From an uncultured Actinomycetota bacterium (GTDB taxonomy: Bacteria > Actinomycetota > Actinomycetes > Actinomycetales > Dermatophilaceae): a stretch of 64,000 nucleotides of DNA. A program made the translations under genes and the position numbers. The stretch's first letter is position 1. The number at the start of each line of letters is the position of its first letter. The DNA is taken from contig CAWGXD010000041.1 in the NCBI GenBank assembly GCA_963826445.1, positions 320 to 64,319 of the forward strand, written 5' to 3'. Below, piece by piece: positions 20,767 to 30,475 of this stretch. The notes under the pieces are model-generated. The model was not told the DNA's origin. It saw only the letters and a list, made by a program, of their open reading frames with translations, and ran no database searches.

Positions 20767-21786
20767 TCACGGTCGCGGGAATCGCTTGCCCTTGTTCTTC
20801 TTGTAGGCCGTGACGGCCTTGCGTGAGCTTCGCCAGACTCCGTCGGTTCCTTGGACTGCATCGAGGCGGCCGCGTTGGGCGGCCTGCCGGAGGGCGACGA
20901 GGGAGAAGTCGGTGTCGACCAAGGCGGTCAAGGGGACCAAGCGCGCGGGTCCGGCGAGGTTGGGCACGATAAAGCGGTTGAGGTTGTCGTACATGGCCCG
21001 AGCCAGGAGTTCGCCGAGTTGTCCGGGGTCCCCCTCGTCTGCTCGACGCATCGCCGCCAGGTAGGCCTCGCGCTGGCGTTTGAGGATGATCACCGGCGGA
21101 TAGCCGAGCCGCACCAGGATGAGGTTGAGGATGAGCCGGCCCGCGCGGCCATTGCCATCGATGAACGGATGGACCTGCTCGAAGGAGTTGTGGAGTCGGG
21201 CCAAGGCCTCCGGGAGAGGAACCTCCGCCGGCAGCCGCAGGCCCGGCTCGGCCTCGTTGACCTGGTCGATCCAGTCCTGCAGACGAGCCTCCACGAGGGC
21301 CCAGCTTGGCGGGGTCATCCCCCCGGCGAAGGGACGGATGTCGTGCCGGCGGAACTGGCCTGGCCCTTCGTCCGCGCCGGCGTCGTGATGAGGAGTGACC
21401 TGCCAGACCGGCGTCATCGCGATCTGGTGGACCCGCCGGACCTCATGCAGGGTGATCAGTGAAGCGTCGTGCCAATCCCCTGGCTCGAGTGCCTGCCCGT
21501 AGACCCAACGCGCCGCATCGCCGTACCCCTTGACCTCCATGTACTCGCCCAGCGGCTTGGCGCCCACGGCCCGACCTCGCTCGAGGAGGGCCTCGACCTC
21601 ACGCATGACCAGGGTGTTGCCTTCGAGGGCGGTGGAGTGGTGAGCCTCGAGGTGCCAGATGTCGGACCAGATGAGCTCGGACTCCTTCGGCGAGGGCAGT
21701 CCGCCCAGCCGGTCGTTGAGCTCGGTGATCGCTGCCTGGAGCCGCGCGTAGACCGTGGTCCGAGATGGTCGGCCACGTGTGCCCAC
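20767..21786 (-). CDS. Fic-domain protein with an internal inhibitory motif and a C-terminal HTH-like tail
   Basis: HPFIDGNGRAGR active site; HSTALEGN fits (S/T)xxxE(G/N); tail LRQAAQRGRLDA..G.W; GGAGG RBS. Confidence 0.9.
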   Translation of the reverse strand: MGTRGRPSRTTVYARLQAAITELNDRLGGLPSPKESELIWSDIWHLEAHHSTALEGNTLVMREVEALLERGRAVGAKPLGEYMEVKGYGDAARWVYGQALEPGDWHDASLITLHEVRRVHQIAMTPVWQVTPHHDAGADEGPGQFRRHDIRPFAGGMTPPSWALVEARLQDWIDQVNEAEPGLRLPAEVPLPEALARLHNSFEQVHPFIDGNGRAGRLILNLILVRLGYPPVIILKRQREAYLAAMRRADEGDPGQLGELLARAMYDNLNRFIVPNLAGPARLVPLTALVDTDFSLVALRQAAQRGRLDAVQGTDGVWRSSRKAVTAYKKNKGKRFPRP

Positions 21787-21795
21787 CGCTCCTCC

Positions 21796-21884
21796 TAGTT
21801 GATCACTCGTCGGGGGACCTAAATGATCGTATCAACTACCGGACAGTTGATCAGCCAGACTGATACTCAAAATATCTAATCAAC
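21796..21884. promoter_or_regulatory. AT-rich fic promoter region with GTTGAT/ATCAAC repeats
   Basis: TAGTTGAT 21796, ATCAACTA 21831, AGTTGAT 21845, ATCAAC 21879. Confidence 0.5.
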
Positions 21885-22455
21885 AGTGGCTGGTCCGGCA
21901 CCGCTGTGACGCTGCCCTACGGTGAGCGAGATGGTGCGTGAGTGATTCGGCATGGGCGCGAAGGCCTCGTCCGGCCCGGATTGTCGGTCGTCTGCCTGTG
22001 GGTGGGAGCCGCGGCCACGGTCGAGTGGGCATGTGGTCCTGGAAGACAGCGAAGCCGGCGTCCGTCCGGGCACCTCGGCCGGCGGCTGACCGTCCGGCGC
22101 CGACCCTGGCGGCCGGCTCTCTTTGACGGCGGAATCCGGCCATAGATGGGGCGCTGACGACCTTCCGATGGTGGAGTCGGAAGGTCCGTGGCCTCGGGAC
22201 GTCGTGCAACCAGCCGTGCAACGAGGTGGACGTTCTCGCGAAGTGGGCGGCCCGGGAGACGCGGTTCTAGCGGACCCGGCGCCTTGCCGTTTCCGCAGAT
22301 CATAACCGCGCGGAGGCGTGAGGCGAGGTGCTCGATGGCGGGTGCGCGTCCGGCGTACCGGCGGAGTGTCACTAGGCAAGCCGAGGGTCGCAGTCATCGT
22401 GCAACGAACTGCGACGTTTCCGCAGGTGAGGGCCGTTTTAGGGATCTCTTGAGAG

Positions 22456-22529
22456 TGGCCAGGGGCGGGGTCGAACCGCCGACCTTCCGATTTTCAGTCG
22501 GACGCTCGTACCAACTGAGCTACCTGGCC
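22456..22529 (-). tRNA. tRNA-Phe (GAA)
   Basis: GGCCAGGTAGCTCAGTTGGTACGAGCGTCCGACTGAAAATCGGAAGGTCGGCGGTTCGACCCCGCCCCTGGCCA; CCA not encoded. Confidence 0.97.
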
Positions 22530-23104
22530 GGGACTGCGCTGGGAACTATATCGGACCCGGCAGGTAGTCACCCAATCAGTCGTCAGCCGTGAGCGTCCTC
22601 TCGCAGCTCGGCGCCTCGAGGCGGTTTCACGCCCGCTCGAGAGCGTGTCGCTGGAGGAGGTGATCGCGTCGAGAGCGAGGGAGGAAGCCGCGTTCCCGGG
22701 TGCTGGGCAGGACCACGGTCCGAGCCGGAACGTCGATGAGGGGAACCGGGGTCGCCATCAGCCCAGCGCACACGGCTCAGGCGATGAGGTCGCCGGTCGA
22801 CGCCCCTCCACGCGGGGATCGACGGCCTGGCCATGCTCCTCACGCCGCGGCCCTTTGAGCTCCCCGCCGGTCGTGCGCGTCCAACCCTTGGGCACAACCC
22901 AGAGCGCCTCGCCGCGGCCCCTCGGGATGAGTGATCTCCGCCACTCGCTAGACCGCACACTCCGCCTCGGATCCCGCAAAATGGAACCGTTCAACGGAGC
23001 AGGAGCGCTCAGCGCAATTTGCACGTACGGCAGCCCTCATGAAACCTTCAACTTTGGGTATCTAGTGATGGCCACGACCTCAACGACACATCAGGAGACA
23101 GCGC

Positions 23105-23725
23105 ATGTCCGAAACCGGATCCACGCTGAGCGGTGACTGGGAGTTCGACCCAGCCCACACACGCATCGGCTTCTCGGCCCGGCACGCGATGGTCACGACG
23201 GTCCGTGGCTCGTTCAACGACGTGCAGGGGTACTTCCACGCCGACCTCGACGACATGTCGAAGTCCACCGCGAGGGTGATCCTCAAGGCGGCCAGCGTCG
23301 ACACGCGCAACAACGACCGCGACAACCACCTCCGCAGTGCCGACTTCTTCGACGTCGAGAAGTGGCCCGACATCGTCTTCGAGAGCTCGCAGATCGAGGA
23401 GGTCTCGGACAACGCCTACGTCGTCTCGGGCCATCTGACGATCCGCGACGTCACGAAGCCGGTGACGATCCCGCTCGAGCTCATGGGCGTGCAGACCGAC
23501 GCTTTCGGCGCCCTGCGCGCCGGCTTCGAGGGCTCGCGCCGCATCAACCGGCGCGACTACGGCCTCGAGTGGAACATGCCGCTCGACAAGGGCGGTGTCC
23601 TCGTCTCCGAGCGTATCTCCCTCGAGTTCGAGATCTCGGCCATCCAGAAGGCGCCCGAGGGCTCCGGTGAGCAGGCCGAGAACAACCAGGGCGACCAGCA
23701 CGAGGGCGACCACCACGACGGCTAG
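23105..23725 (+). CDS. YceI-family lipid/polyisoprenoid-binding protein
   Basis: WEFDPAHTRIGFSARHAMVTTVRG.F, RDNHLRSADFFDV, INRRDYG. Confidence 0.92.
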   Translation: MSETGSTLSGDWEFDPAHTRIGFSARHAMVTTVRGSFNDVQGYFHADLDDMSKSTARVILKAASVDTRNNDRDNHLRSADFFDVEKWPDIVFESSQIEEVSDNAYVVSGHLTIRDVTKPVTIPLELMGVQTDAFGALRAGFEGSRRINRRDYGLEWNMPLDKGGVLVSERISLEFEISAIQKAPEGSGEQAENNQGDQHEGDHHDG

Positions 23726-23783
23726 GGCCACCACAGCTCCCGCACACCGGCGGCGCGCTCTGGTGTGGTGACGTGGCGGCTGG

Positions 23784-24944
23784 TCACTTGCCGGCGAAGC
23801 AGCGCTCGATGGCCTTCTCGCCGGGGCGGCCAATGAAGCCGGCTGATCCCTCTGTCCTCGGGTCGACCTGAGCAGGGTCGATGCTGCTGTCCAGCATCCA
23901 GTAGTAGATGCCCTTCAGCTCGGCCCGTTGGACCGCTTGGCATGCTGCTGTGAACCAGTTCACCTGGATGTCGTAATTCAGCTTCTTGACGTCCGGGCTG
24001 CCCCAGTTCCACGGATGCAGGTATGCATCGTCCTCGGCCGCGATCCCGACTTCCTGCGCCACCATGACGGAACGCAGGGACTTGGGCTTCGCCATGATCT
24101 GACGGGTCAGCGCGTGGGTCAGCTGTTCGACCGTGGCGTCCGGTCCAAGGTCAACGGCGAAGTAGAGGTCGAGCCCCACGGAGCCGTCGGGCGGCACGAT
24201 CTCGGCGTCGGCCGCGTCCCAGTTGAAGGTGTAGCTCAACGTGGCGGGGAAGACCTTGGCGGCCGAGCGGGCCAGCGCCTCCCACCGCTCATGCTCCGGC
24301 TGGAGCGAGGTCAGCTCCGTCGCGAGCACGAACTCGTCTGCCCCCGCCCCCCGCGCGCCAGCCAGATAGGGCCTCAGCACCTTCTCGTAGCTCTTGAACC
24401 AGGCCTTCAGGTCCGGCGGGCGGATCGTCCCACGCCAGCCACCGGACGGCGTGCGCAGGTTCGCCTCGTCGATCAGGGGTCGGACCGTGACTCGAAGGCC
24501 CCGGTCTCTGGCGGCCTTCACGAGCCGCGCCATCACCTTGGGCGAAGGCGTCTCGCGGCCGACATGGACCCGCGAGGGCCGCTGACCGTCGGTGTAGATG
24601 GGGAAGCTGTAGGCAACGCTGTTGGCGCCCCGATCCACCACGTAGTCGAGGATGCTCTCGATGTTGGCATCGGCAGACTTGCCGTTCGCATTGTGCGCAT
24701 AGACCTGCAGGCCGCGCTGCTGGTCGCCGGGCTGCCACCGCTTCGCGGCAGGGACGGCCTTCGGCTCCCTCACCGTGCCCTGGCCACCGGCGGCCGGCTG
24801 CCCTCCACCCGCAGATCCGGTTGACTCAGACGTCTCAGACGGACTGGGCTCGATCACGGGCGAGGCGAACGGCGAGCAGGCGCTGAGCGCCACGACGGCC
24901 GGAACGGCCGCGAAAGCGATTCGACAGAGCGGATTACGCCGCAT
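23784..24944 (-). CDS. Lipoprotein, glycoside hydrolase family 113-like (beta-mannanase fold)
   Basis: Signal peptide with lipobox LSAC; GWRGTI.P, WF.SY, LATEL, YTFNWD, GLDLYF, QEVG. Confidence 0.75.
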   Translation of the reverse strand: MRRNPLCRIAFAAVPAVVALSACSPFASPVIEPSPSETSESTGSAGGGQPAAGGQGTVREPKAVPAAKRWQPGDQQRGLQVYAHNANGKSADANIESILDYVVDRGANSVAYSFPIYTDGQRPSRVHVGRETPSPKVMARLVKAARDRGLRVTVRPLIDEANLRTPSGGWRGTIRPPDLKAWFKSYEKVLRPYLAGARGAGADEFVLATELTSLQPEHERWEALARSAAKVFPATLSYTFNWDAADAEIVPPDGSVGLDLYFAVDLGPDATVEQLTHALTRQIMAKPKSLRSVMVAQEVGIAAEDDAYLHPWNWGSPDVKKLNYDIQVNWFTAACQAVQRAELKGIYYWMLDSSIDPAQVDPRTEGSAGFIGRPGEKAIERCFAGK

Positions 24945-26386
24945 GAGCGCCTCCTTGGCCAGCGGGGACCTCGTGCGTCTTGGCGATGACCTCGAACAGC
25001 TCGGACTTCCCCCAGCCGAGGCGGTCCTGGACGAAGGCGATGAAGCCGCGGAGCCCCGCATAGCCCTCGATGAGGGTGAAGAAGGGGATGAGTACGAGCC
25101 CGAACCAGTAGCGCAGCGGCGGGCGCTCCCCGGAAGGCATGCGCATTGGCCCTCAGCCCCTCCACGTACATCCAGAGACCGACGCCGAGGTTGAGCGCCC
25201 ACGGTCCGAGAATCCATGGTTGGACGGGCGCGGTGTAGCGCAGGCCGAGCAGGGCAGACACCACGAGGACGACGAACACGTGCTGCAACGGCCCGAGCAC
25301 CCAGGACGCCAATGCGTACCTCAGCAGGAGGCGGTTGCGATGGGGCACGGCGGGGTTGCCCGCCACGTGGAGCAGTCCTCGGGCCCATCGTTTCCGCTGC
25401 TTGACCAGATCGGCAAAGGACTCCGGAGAGCTGCCGTAGCACCGGGCGGCCAGCCACGCCGAACGCCCGGGGTGCCGGGTGGCGAAGAGGAGGGCGAAGT
25501 TGGCGTCCTCCGTGATGGACAGCGAGCGCCCGTAGTCCCAACCGACGCCCGACTCGACGTCGGCGCGCACGAGGAGCAGCTCGCCGTGGGCTCCCAGCAG
25601 CGGTCGCCCCCCGCCGGTCCAGAGCCGGAAGACGGACAGGTCGGAGCCCGGACGTACCGCATCGGCGAGCCAGGCCACCCCGTTGCTGGAGAACTGGCGC
25701 GGGTAGGTCAGGACCCCCTGCGCCAAGAGCTTGTTGCGCCGCTGACCGGCGGGATTCGCGTTGATGAACCGTGCGATCTGCTCGGCGGTGTCCGGCCCGA
25801 TCGCGGTGTCGTCGTCCATGTGCAGCACCCACACGTCCTCGCGCGACTCGCCCTCTCGTTGCCGCAGCTCGTCCAGCCAGCAGTTCGCCCTGGCCTTCGC
25901 CTGCGTGCCGTTGGGCGTCGCGTAGTCGCCCGGCACGTAGAGGACTCGCACGTGCTCCGAGTTCAGCGCCTCGAGCTCGTCACGGGCCTCGGACGACTCC
26001 TCGGCCACGACGTCGACCCTCCATCGGGTGAAGTTCGCCGGGATCGCCGCTTCCATGCTCTCGGCCACCCGGCGCAGCGCGGGCATGACGTCGGTCCGGC
26101 CGATGGTCGGAATCTGGACGATCAGCAGCTCATCACAGTGGGAGTCGACGTGCAGCCCCTTCGGCCGGGTCAGGGACCGCCGAGCCTGGACGGCTCCGAT
26201 GACTGCCATGACGGACAGGAGGGTGGGCAGGGTCCACACCACGCTCAGGTAGGCGCCCAGGCCGAACTCCTGCAAGGTCCAGGCGCGCGGGTAGAGGCTG
26301 GCGCTCACGGCCAGCACGATCAGGGTGAGCACCCACAGCATCGCGGGTCTCGGGGGACGCAGCGCGCGGAGCCGACGTCGTGCCAC
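24934..26386 (-). CDS. Membrane GT2 glycosyltransferase, Egghead/BRE-3 beta-1,4-mannosyltransferase-like; frameshift near 25140
   Basis: VP.DY.T..G...K.RA, WVLHMDDDT, QGVLTY, LADAVR..D, SITED, QRKRW; N- and C-terminal hydrophobic helices. Confidence 0.8.
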
Positions 26387-26481
26387 TGGTGTCTCCTTCC
26401 TCGTCCCCCGAGGCGGTTTGGCTTCGTGCCAATACAGCCAGACAACGACCCCACCCAGCCCGCATGACGCGGGAACGCCGA

Positions 26482-26496
26482 CGTATGCCGCTGAGC
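26482..26496. repeat. Family A repeat, single copy
   Basis: CGTATGCCGCTGAGC. Confidence 0.75.
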
Positions 26497-26659
26497 CGGC
26501 TCCCCGAAACCCGTGCCCTACCGCTCATGGCGGGGAAGAAGGCCAGGCGCGTCCACGTCATGCGTGGCCGCCCGGCGCGTCATCAACATCGGGTAGGGCT
26601 CAGTCCCTGCCGCTGCAGCGCACCTTCACGGCGGACGCCTACGGCCGGCCACGAACCAG

Positions 26660-26947
26660 TCAGCGCTGGGCCATGTCGTAGGTCGCGAGGACCTCGAGGA
26701 AGAAGGTCGACGCCGAGGCGGCCACACCGGCGACCTCCTCGGGAGCGGTCTCCTCCAGCACCTCGAGCAGCACTTCATGGTGGATGCGGGCCAGCTCGAG
26801 GACGCTCACCCTGCCCCTGAACGCACGACGTCCCAGCTCGTATCCCGTGGTCAGGGCCACCTCCTGCTGGCGCGGGAGGAAGCGCAGGAAGGCGACTCGG
26901 TAGTCGGCCGTCAGGGCATGCAGGTCATTGATCGGACGGTCACTCAT
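26660..26947 (-). CDS. Stand-alone RsbU N-terminal domain protein (no phosphatase domain)
   Basis: Y...F..F...QE..L...YELGR......S..EL..IH...L...S.F..EVL..Y pattern; 95 aa; coupled to rsbS. Confidence 0.7.
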   Translation of the reverse strand: MSDRPINDLHALTADYRVAFLRFLPRQQEVALTTGYELGRRAFRGRVSVLELARIHHEVLLEVLEETAPEEVAGVAASASTFFLEVLATYDMAQR

Positions 26948-27327
26948 GAGGGGCGGCGTTCGTGCCCCCGCTGGTCAAGCATCGCGAGTCCCTCCTCGAG
27001 GTCGAGGGCGGTGGGCACGGCCGGCATGCCCATGCCGAGCCGGACCATGGCGATCGCGACGTCGGGCTGGATGCCGACGATGACGGTCTCGGCGCCCCGC
27101 AGCCGCGCCATCTCGGCGATGCCGCGCAGGGTGCGGAGCCGAAGGAGTCGAGCACGTCCAGGGCGGCGACATCGATGATGACCCCGCGCGACGCGGTGCG
27201 TGCCGATCTGCTCGATCAGGTCGTCGCGGAACCGGATCATCTCGGAGTCGTCGAGGGCGGTGTGGACGGACGCGATCAGGTACGAGCCCTGCCGCAGGAT
27301 CGAGACGAGCGCCGGTCCGGTGTTCAC
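26944..27327 (-). CDS. rsbS: RsbS-like STAS protein, frameshifted
   Basis: LIASVHTALDD, DVLDSF phosphoserine site, ARLRGAETVIVGIQP.VA, TALDLEEGL. Confidence 0.8.
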   Translation of the reverse strand: MNTGPALVSILRQGSYLIASVHTALDDSEMIRFRDDLIEQIGTHRVARGHHRCRRPGRARLLRLRTLRGIAEMARLRGAETVIVGIQPDVAIAMVRLGMGMPAVPTALDLEEGLAMLDQRGHERRPS

Positions 27328-28235
27328 AGCTGGTCGGCACCGTCCGGTTCCTGGTGACCGTGTAGCCGAGCAGCCGCTCGGCCTCCTCGAGCCCGCCCTG
27401 CAGGTCGCCCATGGTGTGCATCTTGCTCAGGTCGACGCCGATGGTCACCAGCGTCTGGGCGATCGTCGGGGACAGTCCGGTAATGATGACGCTCGCACCC
27501 ATCAGACGTGACGCGTCGACGGTCTGGACGAGGTGGTTCGCGACCGTCTGCGTCGACGTCGGGGCGCCGGTGATGTCGATGACGACGACCTTGGCGCGAT
27601 GGGTGCGGATGCCCGCGAGCAGCTGCTCGGTCAGCTGCCGGGCCCGCTCGCTGTCGAGCACGCCGATGATCGGCAGGATCAGCAGCCGCTCGCGCACCGG
27701 CAGCACTGGGGTGGACAGCTCGCGGATCGCGTCCTGCTGCTGCCGGATGACGCGCTCGCGCTCCTCGACGAAGCTGACGGCAACGGTGTTGGCGATGCGG
27801 TTCGCCGCCGGCTCGTACGCGTCCAGGACTCGGTTGAGCAGGGCGAAGTCGTCGCTGGTACTTCTCGAACAGCGACCGAGCCAGGACATCCCGCAGCAGC
27901 AGCACGATGCCGACGACCTCATGGGTCTCGACACCGCGCGGGATGATCCGCTCGGACAGGTCCCGGGCGTAGTGCTGCAGCGCCTCGACGCTGCCGGTCT
28001 CCAGCACCTCGACGTAGTTGTCGTAGACCGAGGTGGTCTCGGCGGCCATCTCCTGCGGCGTCATCGCCTCGAGCAGGTGCGCTCGATGGATCCGGTCCGC
28101 CCACTCCTTGCGCAAGCGTGAGCTCGGTGCTCGCGCAGGTGCGCCACGAGCTGGGGCAGCAGCTGGTCGTCCTCAGTCGTCTCCCCATCGGGGTCTCCCG
28201 TCCCGGTCCATCACATCAGGCCGGTCGTGGTCCAT
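27324..28235 (-). CDS. rsbR: RsbR-like protein (N-terminal helical sensor domain + STAS), frameshifted
   Basis: QQDAIRELSTPVL, LPIIGVLDSERA, IDITG, LMGASVIITG..P.IAQTLV.IG.DL. Confidence 0.85.
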
Positions 28236-28240
28236 AGTCG

Positions 28241-29323
28241 TCACTCCTTCCGCCACTTCGTCATCGTCACCGTCGTGCCATGTCCGGGCTCGGACGCGAT
28301 GCTCGAACTCGTCCATCAGGCGCCTGGCCCCCGGCAGCCCAGGCCCGAGCCCGTGGTAAGTGCTGTAGCCGTCCTCAAGCGCCTGGTCGACATCGGCGAT
28401 GCCGGGCCCGCTGTCGCGCGCGACCACCCGGACGCCGCGGGCCGGCGGGTCGTCGACCGCCGAGACGACGACCTCGCCGGTGCCGGCGAACCGCACGATG
28501 TTGCGGGCGACCTCCGAGACCGCGGTCGCGATGATCGTCAGGTCGGTGCCGGTGAAGCCGGCCCGCGACGCCATCTCGCGGGCCGCCCGCCGGGCCGCGA
28601 CGATATCCGCGTCGCTGCGGACCGGGACCCGGACCTCGTCCTCACGGGTCTGACCTCGCCTCATGAGGGGCTCACTGAGTCGGGCACACAGCTCGCAGCC
28701 GAGGACGTGACGAGCGGCGTCCACCTCGCGTTGGCGCCGGCGGTCGCCGCTGGAGATGGCGAGGAGCACCGGTCGGCACTGTTCAGTGGGCGGCTCGGTC
28801 TTCTCCAGTGCCAAGAGGTACTCGACCCGCATGCGGGCGCGCGTGCGATTGAGCTGCGCGGCGATCGCCCCGGCGGTGAGCTCTGCGACTCGGCCGCCAG
28901 ACTGTGGGTGTCCTTGCCGGACACCTCATGGGCGACGAGCGCCTCGCGCTCTCGGTCGGACAGCCGGGCGAGGGCCGCGACCACGGCGGACTGCTCCTCG
29001 TCGAGCACCATCTGCGTCATCCGGTGCGTCTGGCTGCTCGAGGTCGACGACGCGGTGCTTGTTGCGCTCGTGTCGGTCGACGTCGCGCCACATCGACGCG
29101 ATGACGTTGCGGGCCGTGACGATCGCGTACGGCTCGAGCATGCCCGTCCTCGATCGTCGGCGACGCTGCAAGCACCCTGGTCAAGCGTCTCCTGGATGAG
29201 GTCGTCGGCGGCCGGATGCCCACCGACGCGGGCCAGCACGATGCGTCGGACCATCGGCATCAGGGCGGCGACGTCGCCGTACTGCGACTCGTGGCTCCGC
29301 TCGTTGCGCTGGGCGGTGCTCAC
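28241..29323 (-). CDS. ECF-like sigma factor - HxxxCxxC motif - RsbT-type kinase fusion, frameshifted
   Basis: sigma2 ADDLIQETL..YAIVTARN; sigma4 ALARLSDREREAL..AGAIAAQLNRTRARMR; RHVLGCELC; RsbT DIVAARRAAR..IATAVSEVARNIV, D.GPGI, GYST..GLG.GLPGARRLMDEF, GTTVTMTKW. Confidence 0.75.
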
Positions 29324-29953
29324 GTGCGCAGACTACGCCGCCGCGTCATGCCTGCGGGCCCAAGGCGTCGTCCCGGGTGAGAGCACCAGCGAGCACACTG
29401 ACCAGTTCGCTACCGCTGACACCGAAGCCTCATGGCCGCAGGAGCCCGAATGGTCACTGTCATTCGATGCGGCAACCCACAGCGCATCGAGCGCCGGCCC
29501 CGCCGACCACTGCCGATCCACGCGCGATTTGGGCGCCCTTCCGGTCGCCGCGTGGGCTGACTGGAACGATGCACGTGCATGCTCAGGCTCGATGACTTCC
29601 GCGTTGGCCCGGAGGGCCTGATGGTCGAGGGCCGCATGTCGCGGATGAGCTCGTCGACGGGGATGGTGCGCACATCGGCGTCGGCTGCGGCGCCCAGTCC
29701 ATATCGGTCACCTCGACGTGTCTCGGTCCGCACGGAAGTCTCCGAACGCCCCGAACGCTCCCCGAACCGCGGCCACCATGGGCCCGCCACGGTGGACCTG
29801 ATGGGCTTCGTCGTCGAGCATCCGGCCGTGGCCGTCCCAGCTCCCTGCGCCATGGGGCTCTCCAGCCACGCCAACGACAGCACCAGCAACGACGCCGACC
29901 CGGAGGAGCGATCAATGGCAACCGCAGCGGCCGGCTGGACCACCTGAAGATCG

Positions 29954-30365
29954 ATGGCCGAGTGGCAGTGCGTCACGGAGGGCGCGCGGGCTCGGGACCT
30001 CACCGGGACTGTGACGACCCGATCGCAGCATTACCTCGACTCCGACGGCCTTGGGGCAGTTCACCCGGTTCGCCTGCAACACCCCCGTCACCGTCAAGAT
30101 CATCACGGTCGAGCCCGGCCAGCGCCTGTCGCTGCAACGACACGAACTCCGGGGCGAACTGTGGCACATCCTCGACGTCCCGATCGACGTCACGATCGGC
30201 ACCTTCGAGCGGCTCGCGACGCCCGGCGAAACCGTGTGGATTCGTCAAGGGATGGTCCACCGCCTGGGGAACTGCGGGGAGACCGCGGGGCGGGTGCTCG
30301 AAGTTGCGTTCGGGACGTTCGACGAGGACGACATCGAGCGACTCGAGGACGACTACCACCGGTGA
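29954..30365 (+). CDS. Phosphomannose isomerase type II C-terminal cupin domain protein; start uncertain, frameshifted
   Basis: RPWG.F, VKIITVEPGQRLSLQRH..R.E.W, HRLGN, EDDIERLEDDY.R. Confidence 0.85.
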
Positions 30366-30475
30366 GCCAAGGGAGCACGACCGTGCGAGGGAAACAAGTC
30401 GACACGACCGGCGATGGCTGGATGGCTGGTGTTCACGTGGACCAGCGGGCCCTGGCGCAGCCATGGGGTGCTGCG

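Larger units (their letters stand above)
15836..22500. mobile_element. Relic tRNA-Phe-integrated genomic island
   Basis: Bounded by direct repeats of the tRNA-Phe 3' half; CGTGCAAC-N4-CGTGCAAC near both ends; SWIM, SNF2 and Fic cargo. Confidence 0.7.

Noticed and set aside
23784-25832. GT-GH113 fusion (682-aa ORF)
   Set aside because: The GH gene has its own GGAGG RBS, ATG at 24944 and signal peptide; the upstream part is an off-frame read of the GT
29330-29950. Small gene between the sigma fusion and the cupin
   Set aside because: Fragments look faintly coding, but no frame gives a recognisable product
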